Shown here: positions 14,157 through 25,800 of the stretch, piece after piece | How the letters are laid out: each line of letters opens with the position of its first letter | Numbering within the stretch: position 1 is the first letter of the stretch | Assembly: GCA_002269645.1 (NCBI GenBank) | Contig: NIVC01001130.1 | Location: forward strand, 248,001 to 312,000 | Origin: Macrostomum lignano | Taxonomy: Eukaryota | DNA: 64,000 nt | Reading direction: 5' to 3' | The notes under the pieces: generated by a model | The model's input: only the letters and a program-made list of their open reading frames with translations | Told to the model about the DNA's origin: nothing | Database searches by the model: none | Position numbers and translations under genes: made by a program

Positions 14157-14846
14157 TTCCAGATTCTACTATTAGAGTGGCAGCTTCCACTTCTGCTTCT
14201 GCTCCTGCTAGCCTGCTCAAGCAGCCTCGCCTGTTCGTCATCTCAAAGGAAAGCGGACAAGTCCGGCAGCAGTTGCTCCGCCGCCGTGGCCTCAGCCGCC
14301 GCGCACGCTTCAATCGAGTGCAATCCGTTTGAGCGGCCGGCACTGAACTGCAGCGGCGCTGGGGCGGCCTGCCGAGGCTACAAATGCATCTGCTCGGATG
14401 GCGGCCATGTCTACGTCGCCGGACGGGGTTGTCGCGACGTTGACGAGTGCCGCGAACTGCCGCAACCCTGCAAAGGCACCGGCGTCAGCTGTTTAAATGT
14501 CAAAGGCGGCTACCAGTGCATCTGCGACGCCGAAGGTCATCAATACCATCCGTTCAAGGGATGCGGCACTCACAATACGTGCCACTTCCCGTTCAAGTAC
14601 AAGGGCACTTTTTATCACCACTGCATCCGGTCACAGCACCACCGACTGTGGTGCAGCCGTACTGCCGATTACGACAAAGACAAAAAGTTTATCAACTGCG
14701 CGGCCGAGTTTGTCAGCCTGCACTGCCACTTCCCGTTCAAGTTCAAGGGCCGCGAGTACAAATCGTGCATTGGAACAGGCAACGAGAAATGGTGCGCCAC
14801 GACGTACAATTACGATCTGGACAGGCGCTGGGACATCTGCTATTAG
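14157..14846 (+). CDS. Secreted protein: signal peptide, EGF-like, Ca-binding EGF and two fibronectin type II domains. No ATG in this exon.
   Basis: Leu-rich signal peptide; cbEGF DVDECRELPQPC..CLNVKGGYQCIC; FN2 repeats CHFPFKYKG...C.....LWCSRTADYDKDKKFINC and CHFPFKFKG...WCATTYNYDLDRRWDIC. Acceptor ttgatttttcag ends at 14156. Confidence 0.88.
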   Translation, partial: FQILLLEWQLPLLLLLLLACSSSLACSSSQRKADKSGSSCSAAVASAAAHASIECNPFERPALNCSGAGAACRGYKCICSDGGHVYVAGRGCRDVDECRELPQPCKGTGVSCLNVKGGYQCICDAEGHQYHPFKGCGTHNTCHFPFKYKGTFYHHCIRSQHHRLWCSRTADYDKDKKFINCAAEFVSLHCHFPFKFKGREYKSCIGTGNEKWCATTYNYDLDRRWDICY

Positions 14847-16105
14847 TAACTCTGAGTCACTCCAGGTGCAAGGAGAGTGAAATCCTCCATGACATTTTCT
14901 AGGCTATTGTCAGACAAAAAAATTTGAATGAGAAGTATGAAATCATTTTTATCTTATTTTTAATCGGTATCTTTGATCAAAGTTTGAAGGCAAATTTCAA
15001 GGGAAAGAGGGGCGTGGTTTGGTATTACTAACTGTTGACCATTGTGTCGGTGTTGGTGCTTTTATTTTTGTTAATTACACACTACTATCAGTAGTCAGTT
15101 TCAATTGAATCCGACTACAAATAATTTTCAAATTGTCGACATGGATGCAAAAATTTATTGACTTTCATTTTTTTGGACATACAATGACAACAGCAAAATA
15201 CGCTGTCACTCAGTTATTACGTCGTACAGAGAGCCTGGTCTCGGGTGTAGGCGTCGACGCAGGTAGAAGGCCAGTGCATGACTGGCTGCACCTTCAAGAC
15301 CGGAGACGAGCGAGTTTCAAACGCGACACTGCATCGTTGCGCCGGCCCCATCTGTCCAAACGAATTGTTGCCAGGCCAAATCAGTTGCGCCGAGTTGTAC
15401 TGCCTGCAGATGGTGCACAACCTTACCGACGAAAACAGGCCCGCACTCGGCGTTTCGTCGACTGCCTTCCGGCCGATGCCGGTGCCCCAGATACGGTCGC
15501 TTAGGCGCTGGGGCGCACCCTGTGCTGCTACTTTTCCTTGAGACCCTAACTGATGCTGTTGTCGTTGTGTTGTTGTTTTTTTTTCATTTTCGTTGTTGTT
15601 GTTGTTGTCGTGCGTGTGTGCGTTCTGCAGACGTTGCTTCATCGGACCCACGGACAACGGGGTGTGCCGGTCGAAAGAACTTCATACCATTTTCGCTCAC
15701 CTGCAACACTCCAACTAGTGGTCCTTTTCTTCCTCCATACCGCACTCTGTGTACGCGGCGACACGTCCCAAGCCGATTTTCTGCCACCAATAGGCGGTTA
15801 TTTCAGTGACCGCGCGTATTGAAGCTGCGTAAGCGTACATGTAAATTTGACGCTACGACTGCCTGCACTACGATTAACTTTTAAGTTGTAGATCTTCTTG
15901 AAGCGCTCACTGCTACAAGTAGGCACCAGGCATTCAATTGTAAGATTAGTCGGCTTTACATACCTCCAGTCCAGCGGGACCTGCTCCTGGGGGGGAAGAA
16001 GGGGTGGCATCGGCGGTCTCGTTGCCTACAGTGGCCCGTTTGCAGTTAGCAGCAACGAGACCTTCCTGATCGAATCAACGCGCTCCAACTGGACACCGTT
16101 CGAAG

Positions 16106-16395
16106 GGGGTTGTAGCCTAGTGGTTAGAGCATCGAACTCACGACTGAAAGATCGGGAGTTCGATTCTCAACCCACTGGAAACAATAAGACACTTAACTCT
16201 GCATGCTTCAGCTCACCCAGCTGTAAAATGGGTGCCAGCATTAGCTGGGGTAATTGAGGGTGTGTGTGGTAACCCCCCAGTCCTTGGACTGGTGGACTGG
16301 ACAGCCGTATGCAGCCTTCAGATGCGCCGGGCAATAGCTGCGGCTGAGGTGTCGATTGCTCATCTGCCCATTAGGGCAGGTGTAATAAATTATTA
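16106..16395 (+). mobile_element. tRNA-headed SINE, copy 1
   Basis: A box TAGCCTAGTGG, B box AGTTCGATTC, central AAGACACTTAACTC..CACCCAGCTGTAAAATGGG block, TAA-rich tail. Second copy at 34857. Confidence 0.85.
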
Positions 16396-16402
16396 TTTGC
16401 CA

Positions 16403-16950
16403 TTGTTGTTGTTGCTGCTGTTGTTATTGTTGTTGTTGTTGTTATTGTTATTGTTGTTGTTGTTGTTGACTGCGGACCGAGCTCGAAATAACCGGACCAG
16501 GTACCAAACCCCTACCGCTGACAGAGCCAGCGACAAAGGCTGAGCACAGAGGGCCGGACCGAGCCACACTCACCGCCCCTGAGCCAGGAGCGGTGACCGA
16601 TTCCCGGCGCTCTTCGCCGCCCGAAGAACGGGCGTTGCCTCCCCCCCGCGACAAAGACGCGGCGCCGGATAGGGCCTGCTGGTTACCCAGCAGGCTGGGA
16701 GTAAATCCCAGGGGGTATTGTTGTTGTTGCTGTTGTTTTTGTTGTTTTTGTTTTTGTTGTTGTTTTTGTTGTTGTTGTTGCTATTGTTGTTGTTGTTGAT
16801 GTTTTTGCTATTGTTATTGTTGTTGTTGTTGTTGCTGCTGTTGTTATTGTTGTTGTTGTTGTTGTTATTGTTATTGTTGTTGTTGTTGCTGTTGTTTTTG
16901 TTGTTTTTGTTTTTGTTGTTGTCTTTGTTGTTGTTGTTGTTGTTGTTGTT
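16403..16950. repeat. (TTG)n microsatellite interrupted by a GC-rich insert at 16469-16717
   Basis: Direct reading. Confidence 0.95.
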
Positions 16951-17908
16951 ATAAATCAGCCTCCAAGCAATCAAAAAATGTATTTTCCGCTTAAGTGCTA
17001 AAAACTTCTATTCATTCACGTCTATAGATAAATTTTAATAAATTGAAGTCAAACCAGAGCTGGACAGAGACAGAGCAGGTAGTTATGAGAATAATCAATC
17101 CCTCAGTCAGTCTAGAAAAAGCCCTAAGCAACCCCACTCTCTCATCGGCTTAAATCAAGCTCTATGGATCTCAAATTTCCCGAAAAAAATTTATCTTCTT
17201 GCCCCTAGCTACCGGACAAGCTTTCTCTAGAGATGCCGCAACTGACGCAGGTGAAGAGATAAGTTTTGGTGCGGATTTTCGAATTTAATTCGAAGAAATG
17301 ATGAAGAAGGAGCCGCCTGGCCAGCAAGACGAAGGATTTGTCCGACGGGGCGCAGGGAGGAAGAGGAGAGGAGATTATCTCGGCGCTCTCCCGCCGGAGA
17401 TGGCATCGAGGTGTTTGGGGATCCGGGGGAGTCGGCAGCAGCGAGTCAGCTGAGAGGAGGCGGCTTTGGCAACAGCAGCATCTGAGGATTATCGAATTAT
17501 CCTCGCCTGTCCACTTCTCATCTTTCCTACTCCCTCTCCCCCTCCCGCCGTCTCCAGCAAGGGTGTTGTCGCCTTCTCAATGCCACCCCAGACTCCGCAC
17601 TAGATATCCTTAAAAAATTGAAATCCGATAGAGCCTGCTCTTGAGTAGTCGGGTTTGCTGAAGACGAAATTGGTTTTACCAGCGATACCAAGCTAACGTA
17701 GCCAGCCGGGTCTCCTCTGGACAAAATTAAATCTGTTAACTTTATGGACGGCCCCACAACAAGTCAATGCTGGTACTGTAGGATAACTGATACTGATTGA
17801 CACTCGGTACCTTGGCATGGCTAAAAACCACATTTTAACTATCTACAACGAATGGGAACCAATTTCAAAACTGATGAATTGATTGTGGGATCAGATATTT
17901 TACACTGA

Positions 17909-19530
17909 CATCACCTGTTAGACAGAGTCATCACCTGTTAGATAGTGGTAGCACCTGTTAGACAGTGGCACCATCTGTTAGACAGTGGCATCATCTGTTA
18001 GACAATGGCATCATCTGTTAGACAGTGGCATCATCTGTTAGACAGTGGTAGCACCTGTTAGATAGCGGCAGCACCTGTTAGACAGTGGCATCACCTGTTA
18101 GACAGCGGCATTACCTGTTAGACAGTGGCATCATCTGTTAGACAGTGGCATCATCTGTTAGACAGTGGCATCATCTGTTAGACAGTGGTAGCACCTGTTA
18201 GATAGCGGCAGCACCTGTTAGACAGTGGCATCACCTGTTAGACAGCAGCATTACCTGTTAGACAATGGCATCATCTGTTAGACAGTGGCACCATCTGTTA
18301 GACAGTGGCATCATCTGTTAGACAGTGGTAGCACCTGTTAGATAGCGGCAGCACCTGTTAGACAGTGGCATCACCTGTTAGACAGCGGCATTACCTGTTA
18401 GACAGTGGCATCATCTGTTAGACAGTGGCATCATCTGTTAGACAGTGGCATCATCTGTTAGACAGTGGTAGCACCTGTTAGATAGCGGCAGCACCTGTTA
18501 GACAGTGGCATCACCTGTTAGACAGCAGCATTACCTGTTAGACAATGGCATCATCTGTTAGACAGTGGCACCATCTGTTAGACAGTGGCATCATCTGTTA
18601 GACAGTGGCATCATTCTGTTAGACAGTGGCATCATTCTGTTAGACAGAGGCATCATCTGTTAGACAGTGGCATCATTCTGTTAGACAGTGGCATCATTCT
18701 GTTAGACAGTGGCATCATTATGTTAGACAGAGGCATCATCTGTTAGACAGTTGCATCATTCTGTTAGACAGAGGCATCATCTGTTAGACAGTGGCATCAT
18801 TCTGTTAGACAGAGGCATCATCTGTTAGACTGCAGTGGCATCATTCTGTTAGACAGAGGCATCATCTGTTAGACAGTGGCATCATTCTGTTAGACAGTGG
18901 CATCATTCTGTTAAACAGAGGCATCATTCTGTTAGACAGTGGCATCATTCTGTTAGACAGAGGCATCATCTGTTAGACAGTGGCATCATTCTGTTAGACA
19001 GAGGCATCATTCTGTTAAACAGAGGCATCATTCTGTTAGACAGTGGCACCATCTGTTAGACAGTGGCATCATCTGTTAGACAGTGGCATCATTCTGTTAG
19101 ACAGTGGCATCATTCTGTTAGACAGAGGCATCATCTGTTAGACAGTGGCATCATTCTGTTAGACAGTGGCATCATTCTGTTAGACAGTGGCATCATTATG
19201 TTAGACAGAGGCATCATCTGTTAGACAGTGGCATCATTCTGTTAGACAGAGGCATCATCTGTTAGACAGTGGCATCATTCTGTTAGACAGAGGCATCATC
19301 TGTTAGACAGTGGCATCATTCTGTTAGACAGTGGCATCATTCTGTTAAACAGAGGCATCATTCTGTTAGACAGTGGCATCATTCTGTTAGACAGAGGCAT
19401 CATCTGTTAGACAGAGGCATCATTCTGTTAGACAGTGGCATCATTCTGTTAAACAGAGGCATCATTCTGTTAGACAGTGGCATCATTCTGTTAGACAGTG
19501 GCATCATTCTGTTAGACATAAGCATCACTT
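17909..19530. repeat. 20/21-bp minisatellite (CATCATCTGTTAGACAGTGG) with higher-order structure
   Basis: 20-bp units to about 18610, then mixed 20- and 21-bp units. Confidence 0.98.
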
Positions 19531-19894
19531 GTTAGAACAGTGGCAGTGTAGCAAATTCGCTAAAAATATTAAAAAAAGGAGACTCGATGGCCAGAGAGAA
19601 GCAGTGCAGCGAGGAGCATTCACCTACTCTCTCCCCCCTATGCATTTTGAATGGCAGAAAGAAAACGCTTTCCCATTGGCTGCAGCCATGTAACAGGAGA
19701 AATTGCCAGGCGTAGTGTTACACTCCTATTGCCCACAATGGGCCCAGAAAGGCACCAATAGGAAGAATTGGCTTGGATTTGGCACGCTAATACTAGGAGC
19801 TTCTGGAGCTTACAGCTTGCTCCTCTTCTAGCTACAAGCGACAGCAAATGGGCAGCATGTCACTCTGAAGCTCGACAGCAAGCCTCAGAAAAAG

Positions 19895-22800
19895 ATGCAG
19901 CTCCTGCTCCTATTGCTGCTTCTGGTGCTAGCGCCGCTGGAATTGGCGCAAGTAGCGGCAACTCAAACAGCTGGCGAGGACAGCAAGGGCGGCAACTGCT
20001 TCTCCATCCGACAGGGTGGCAGGGTTCGCTACAGCCTGCCGGCATTCAACGGCACCAAGTGAGAATGGCTGGCTGTCTCCTGTCTCAACGTTCTTCTATC
20101 CGTATTTAAAATAAAGTCGCTAAGGTCCTTCTTACCTTCTTACCTAGAGTGACTAGAATCTAGTGACTAGAGTGATAGAATCTGTGGCTGGAGTGACGCA
20201 TCTAGGTAATATAGAATCTGTGGCTGGAGTGACACACTAGGTAATATAGAATCTGTGGCTGGAGTGACACACTAGGTAATATAGAATCTGTGGCTGGAGT
20301 GACACACTAGGTTAAATAGAATCTGTGGCTGGAGTGACACACTAGGTAATATAGAATCTGTGGCTGGAGTGACACACTAGGTAATATAGAATCTGTGGCT
20401 GGAGTGACACACTAGGTAATATAGAATCTGTGGCTGGAGTGACACATCTATAGGTAGTATAGAATCTGTGGCTGGAGTGACACATCTATAGGTAGTATAG
20501 AATCTGTGGCTGGAGTGACACATCTATAGGTAGTATAGAATCTGTGGCTGGAGTGACACATCTATAGGTAGTATAGAATCTGTGGCTGGAGTGACACATC
20601 TATAGGTAGTATAGAATCTGTGGCTGGAGTGACACATCTATAGGTAGTATAGAATCTGTGGCTGGAGTGACACATCTATAGGTAGTATAGAATCTGTGGC
20701 TGGAGTGACACATCTATAGGTAGTATAGAATCTGTGGCTGGAGTGACACATCTATAGGTAATATAGAATCTGTGGCTGGAGTGACACATCTATAGGTAGT
20801 ATAGAATCTGTGGCTGGAGTGACACATCTATAGGTAGTATAGAATCTGTGGCTGGAGTGACACATCTATAGGTAGTATAGAATCTGTGGCTGGAGTGACA
20901 AATCTACGAGCATAGGTGGTATTTCCTATATACTAAAATAGAACCTGTAGTCTAAATTGCATATCAAGCATCAATGTTTCGATGAATTTTTGTCAAATTT
21001 GTCTTGTTTTCTAGTCTTGTTTTCAGCTATAGTTGTAAAAAATGCACGAGGCCTCGTAGAAATCCATCGTATTTCTAAGAAAATCCTGTGTAGATCTGGA
21101 CGGGACGGGAGATCTGGCGAAACAATTAGCATGGAAGAAGAAATTCACACTGTCGGTGGCTATTTATTGGGCATCATCTATAGCTAATGGGATTTTTTAT
21201 ACAGCCGAAATGGACACTGAGCGATGAGGAGCGCATGAGAATGACTCAGCTAAGTGCTGACAGCTGCCCCGCAGTTGATAAAAGCATGAAACTGCGGGAC
21301 TGAGATGAGCTTCTTCCCTGCGCATTAGCCAGGAGAAAAAACCATTTGGAAAACGGTAAAAGTTTCCATCATTTCGCGGGATGGAACAATTTTATCGGCA
21401 CTTTCCGTACGCTTCCGTGGGCACTGCTTCGACACTGATGAGGCGCTAAAAGATGCTGCGACCAACCTGGTTCGAGGGTTGCTCAACGCAGTTCTAGCAG
21501 AAGTGCTGTGCTCTATTTCCATACACAATCTTTGGATAATAAAACTAAAAATTCAAAGTTGATAAACCTTGTAAAGCCATGCAATCTCGAACAAAACCCC
21601 TGCCCTGCAGTTACCATGAAATTAAAATCCGAATTTTACGCCAATTTAATGAAAAGCAACAGAAAAGGTCAGGTTAAAATTAAACTTAATTACAAAACCG
21701 CAACCCCGGATACGCGGAGCTGGACAGATTAATTTTCGCTTCGCTTGGCAACAAAGCTGCCCGCTTAATTAGCCCCGGTTGAGCTTGAGTATTCCTTCGA
21801 ACTAAGGCTAGTTAGATGCTTGGGCCAGACTTGTTGGCTGGCTTGCAGCAGCTGCCACTGCTCACAAGAGAGGAGGGCGGTAAACTAGAGCGAGGTTTCT
21901 TGGCGCTCGGTTCGGGGGATGGTTTTGGCAGCCCAAGAAGGCCAGCAGCGAGTCACTTTCATGGCCGCGGGGCAAAGAGAGGGACAGGGAGAGGTAGAAG
22001 GGGATCTCCACTCCTCTCCCCTGCCCTGCTGGTGATTGCGCAGCGAGGAAGAAAAATGAAATTTTCCACTTCTGCACCGCTGTGCGGTCCGCATCCGCAT
22101 ACAAGTAGCTTATATCTAATTTGATGTTCTGTCCTGCCCCCTTGAAGCTTGGGAAATGGAATAGCGGCTAGTTTTAAGATCTGGGGCTCTCTCTCTCTCT
22201 TAGTCAACAATCTATTACTCAGACTAAACAAAGTTTTGCTTTGTCTTCGGGCTGGCTGTCTTTAACTTTCACGTCATCAAATATGAGCTCAGCTACGAGC
22301 TAAATTCAATATTTAAGGAACAGTTTGCGACATTGAGGTGGAGCCGTACCTGTAGATCTGACAGCTTCCAACATTGAGGTGCAGCCTTACCTGTAGATCT
22401 GACAGCTTCTAACATTGAGGTGCAGCCTTACCTGTAGATCTGACAGCTTCCAACATTGAGGTGGAGCCTTACCTGTAGATCTGACAGCTTCCAACATTGA
22501 GGTGCAGTCTTACCTGTAGAACTGACAGCTTCCAATCAAGACCACACAGCAGCGAGGAGGAGTCAAACAGTCAAACAGTATAGGCCACGCCTACGATAAT
22601 CAGAGACGCCCGCGTCAGTCAGTAGCAGTTCAAGGACTGTGCAAGACTTGTGCCTGTCATAGAACAGTCATGCAGTGCATAAAAGATCTCTGGCTCCAAG
22701 TAGCATTCAACTCCGCGGATGATTATTCTTCATCCATCTAAGAAATCTGAAATCAATACGATTGAATTTCATTTTTCCTGAAAATTGTAAGGAGCTTCCC

Positions 22801-25800
22801 AGGAAAATCCTCCTAGTTGTCAAGTGGGGGCTAGAATGCTTCTGTACAGAAGACAAAAAGGGCCTTTGTTCGCTTCTGTGCGCTAAGATTTAATAATAAT
22901 TATTGAATTATACAATTTTCTTAATTCCACTGCCGCATGTATAGCTTAATAAATAATGATAAAAAAATTTCATTCATAATTCCATTTATCTACGAGCCAT
23001 GCAGTCAAGCAGGATATTTGCCTATCGCTTTGGACAAAGACAAACTGTTTTTTGAAAGGCGACTTCAATCTGCAACAGAGCTGCCCGAAGGAAGAGGACA
23101 GGGTCCGCGAAGAGATAAACGAGATCGCTAGGGGAATATAGAATTATAATAATGAAAAGCGGACCCCGGAGCATGGAAGGGACGACGTTTGCGTTGGGAT
23201 TAAGGAGAGCACAGGCATACAGACAGACACTGCTGCAGCTATTGACTCAAAGAGAATTGTGAGCACAGAGCAGGCGAGTGGCACAGAATCAGCGATCAGA
23301 GCCAGAGCTAATGGACAGTCTGAGCATCTGAGCTGATCAGGACGGGAGGGGGTCAATCGCAAAGTTTGTAGGATCCGAATTCCGCATATATTCCTGCGCC
23401 CTTTCTCTCCAGAGTGTGTCCCAGCTTCCAGAGAGGGGAAAATGATGTAATTTTAGGCGGTTTGGCTGAGGCAAAGGATGTGTTTGCGGCTTCCTGAACA
23501 AGGATTTGGTTTTTAGAACGAGTGGCCACTAGCGACTCAAAAAACACTCGACTGGCGATTGAGGTCCCGTGGTTTTTTATTTCGATCGCTTTTTTGTCAA
23601 TTTACCAAATAATACACATCATTATTCGTAGTCTCAGCGGTAGTTACTTTCTCAGCCTCCCCTGCCTTTTTAGCGCGGTCATCACTCTGAAATTTCTGAG
23701 CTATCACAAGGACGGAGTGATCCTTTACCTGGCTGGCTATCACGGCGACTACATGGGCCTATACCTGAAGGATGGCATACTCAATTATTTCATATTTAAT
23801 CCCAGCCGGTTGGACTGGTCGCTCAGAGGCATTCAAATCAATACCAAAGACCCGCTTGAGATTAACAAAGACTATGCGGTGAGTTATTTCTTGTTGTCGA
23901 ATAGGGACAAGTGTGAACATGACGCGACCTCAATTTCTGTGTCTTTTTACGCACAACAGACAAGCGAGTTTCAGGGCACCATCTCAACACCATTTGGCAT
24001 CTGTTTCAAATTAAAGCCGAATAAAAGCTTGCCATTCACTTGAACTTGATGAAATTAAGCAGTTTTTGCATAAAGTCAATGCTAAGGTTGCTAATGCTGA
24101 GCTTGGCGTAAAGGCGCCAAGAACTTGTCTGCAGCGCCGAAGAGAATTTGAAGTTAATTTAAGAGTAGCTATACTTCTCGGATTATTGTTAACCATTTCG
24201 TCTATCCATAAAAACTAAATGGGAGGGTTTTTTACTGCAAGCTAAAAGTGGAAATTTCCTTCTGAGGTTTAGTTTAATCATCTGCTTGACAACTGGGCAT
24301 TGGATTAAAGAAATTGCCATGCGCGCCACTTGACTTGCGTGACGTTGGCCGATTGCAAGGTGCCGACAATTGGGTGGGGGGGGGCGCAAATTATTTACAC
24401 CAGAATGCCCTGCAGTTTCCCAGTAGTGCCTAAATACAATATGCTTGCATAGTTAGGCCTCTGTGTCGGTTCAGAAAATGAGAATTATCATGAACTGCTT
24501 GTCCTTCAATATCGGGCAATATTAAAACTTCGTGCTCTGATTCCATCCCATATAGCTGCTTGAATGCGGCGTCAGCGTAACTGACTGACACGCCTTCCTC
24601 ACCACTGCTTCTTGAGCGTGCGTGACTCCGATAGCATGGCCTTGTCCCCATCGGGTGGAGTTCTCTCCCCTTCGTCCCCGATCTTAGCATATCCTATTAT
24701 TCATCCGACACAGTTCAAATGAATCATATAGTGGGTCGCGCACGTCTCACAATCGGGGATGAGCATGATGCTTAAAAACGGAGACTAAAACCAAACTACA
24801 GCCGTTGGAAACCCGCTTTGCAAACAGTACGGCATCGATTATTCTAGCACTGCTACAGATAGTGTTATGTTAGTGTATCTCTATACTTCTATTTGCGTTT
24901 TATATTTCCACGCATCTTCTAGTTTGTCCAGCATCCGTTTCAGAGGAAATCAAAGCCACTATGTCGGTGGAGATGCGCCAGCCAGATTAAAATTGGCTTT
25001 GTACTCTCACAATAACAAGAAATTTGACAGGAAGGTTGCTCCCAAAAAGCCTGGGTCCTGTTTGAATTGACTAAAAGGTGAAATCAAGGCTGGGCAAATG
25101 AAGCTCTCTACTTTGATAGAAACCTTTATTAAAGAAGTTCACAGAGTCTTTTTTGGGGGTGGCCTGCCCTTTCATAAATCTGAAATTCGTACAATCTCCA
25201 ACTTTCACTTACAGTTAATAAGCTGGCCCTTATAGCAACAGATGTTAATTGAGGGAAGAGCATAAAATAAGTAGATTTTGGGGATATCAAGCTTTAAAGT
25301 GGTTCACTTGTGGGTACATACATGTATACAGGAAAATATTCACATAACTTCGTATTAATAAAGTTTAACTGTGATCTATGAGGATATTTAAAAAAAATAT
25401 GGTATTATGAATCATGGAACCTTCGAATCAAAGCGCTGTCGAACTAAGTGTACGGCACCCCGACCGAGATCTAAGTCGTCAACAAACGATATAGAAGTAA
25501 TGTTTCGGGTTTTTTTCTCAATAAGCGCCAATACGCGCATAAATATTAATTGTAGATTGACCTTATAGTTAGCTTCTCATTTAAACAAACCAGTTTATCC
25601 GAATCGCGCATCTCAACTTTCCAGGTGGAATTCATGTACAACTTTGCGCAATACCAGAGCTTTCGCAACACCATCTATTTTCTACCGGACTCCGGCTGGA
25701 CAACCGCGAAGTGGAAATATTCGACTATCACATTCCCGATATTCAGTTCAAATCGCCTATCTACCTTGGCGGCGGGCCTTCCGGCTTGGTAATAACCAAT

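Noticed and set aside
15260-15720. Cys-rich exon-like segments (VEGQCMTGC..., RCFIGPTDNGVC...)
   Set aside because: They look coding-like, but I could not assign a family or a consistent splice path.
16106-16180. tRNA-Val(CAC) gene, also at 34857
   Set aside because: The anticodon stem (TCGAA/CTGAA) does not pair, there is no poly-T terminator, and the sequence continues into a SINE body.
16570-16974. Poly-Asn and poly-Leu ORFs
   Set aside because: Translations of the (TTG)n microsatellite.
21330-21530. Mariner-like C-terminus (RFRGHCFDTDEALKDAA)
   Set aside because: A single short motif with no DD34D, YSPDL or TIRs.
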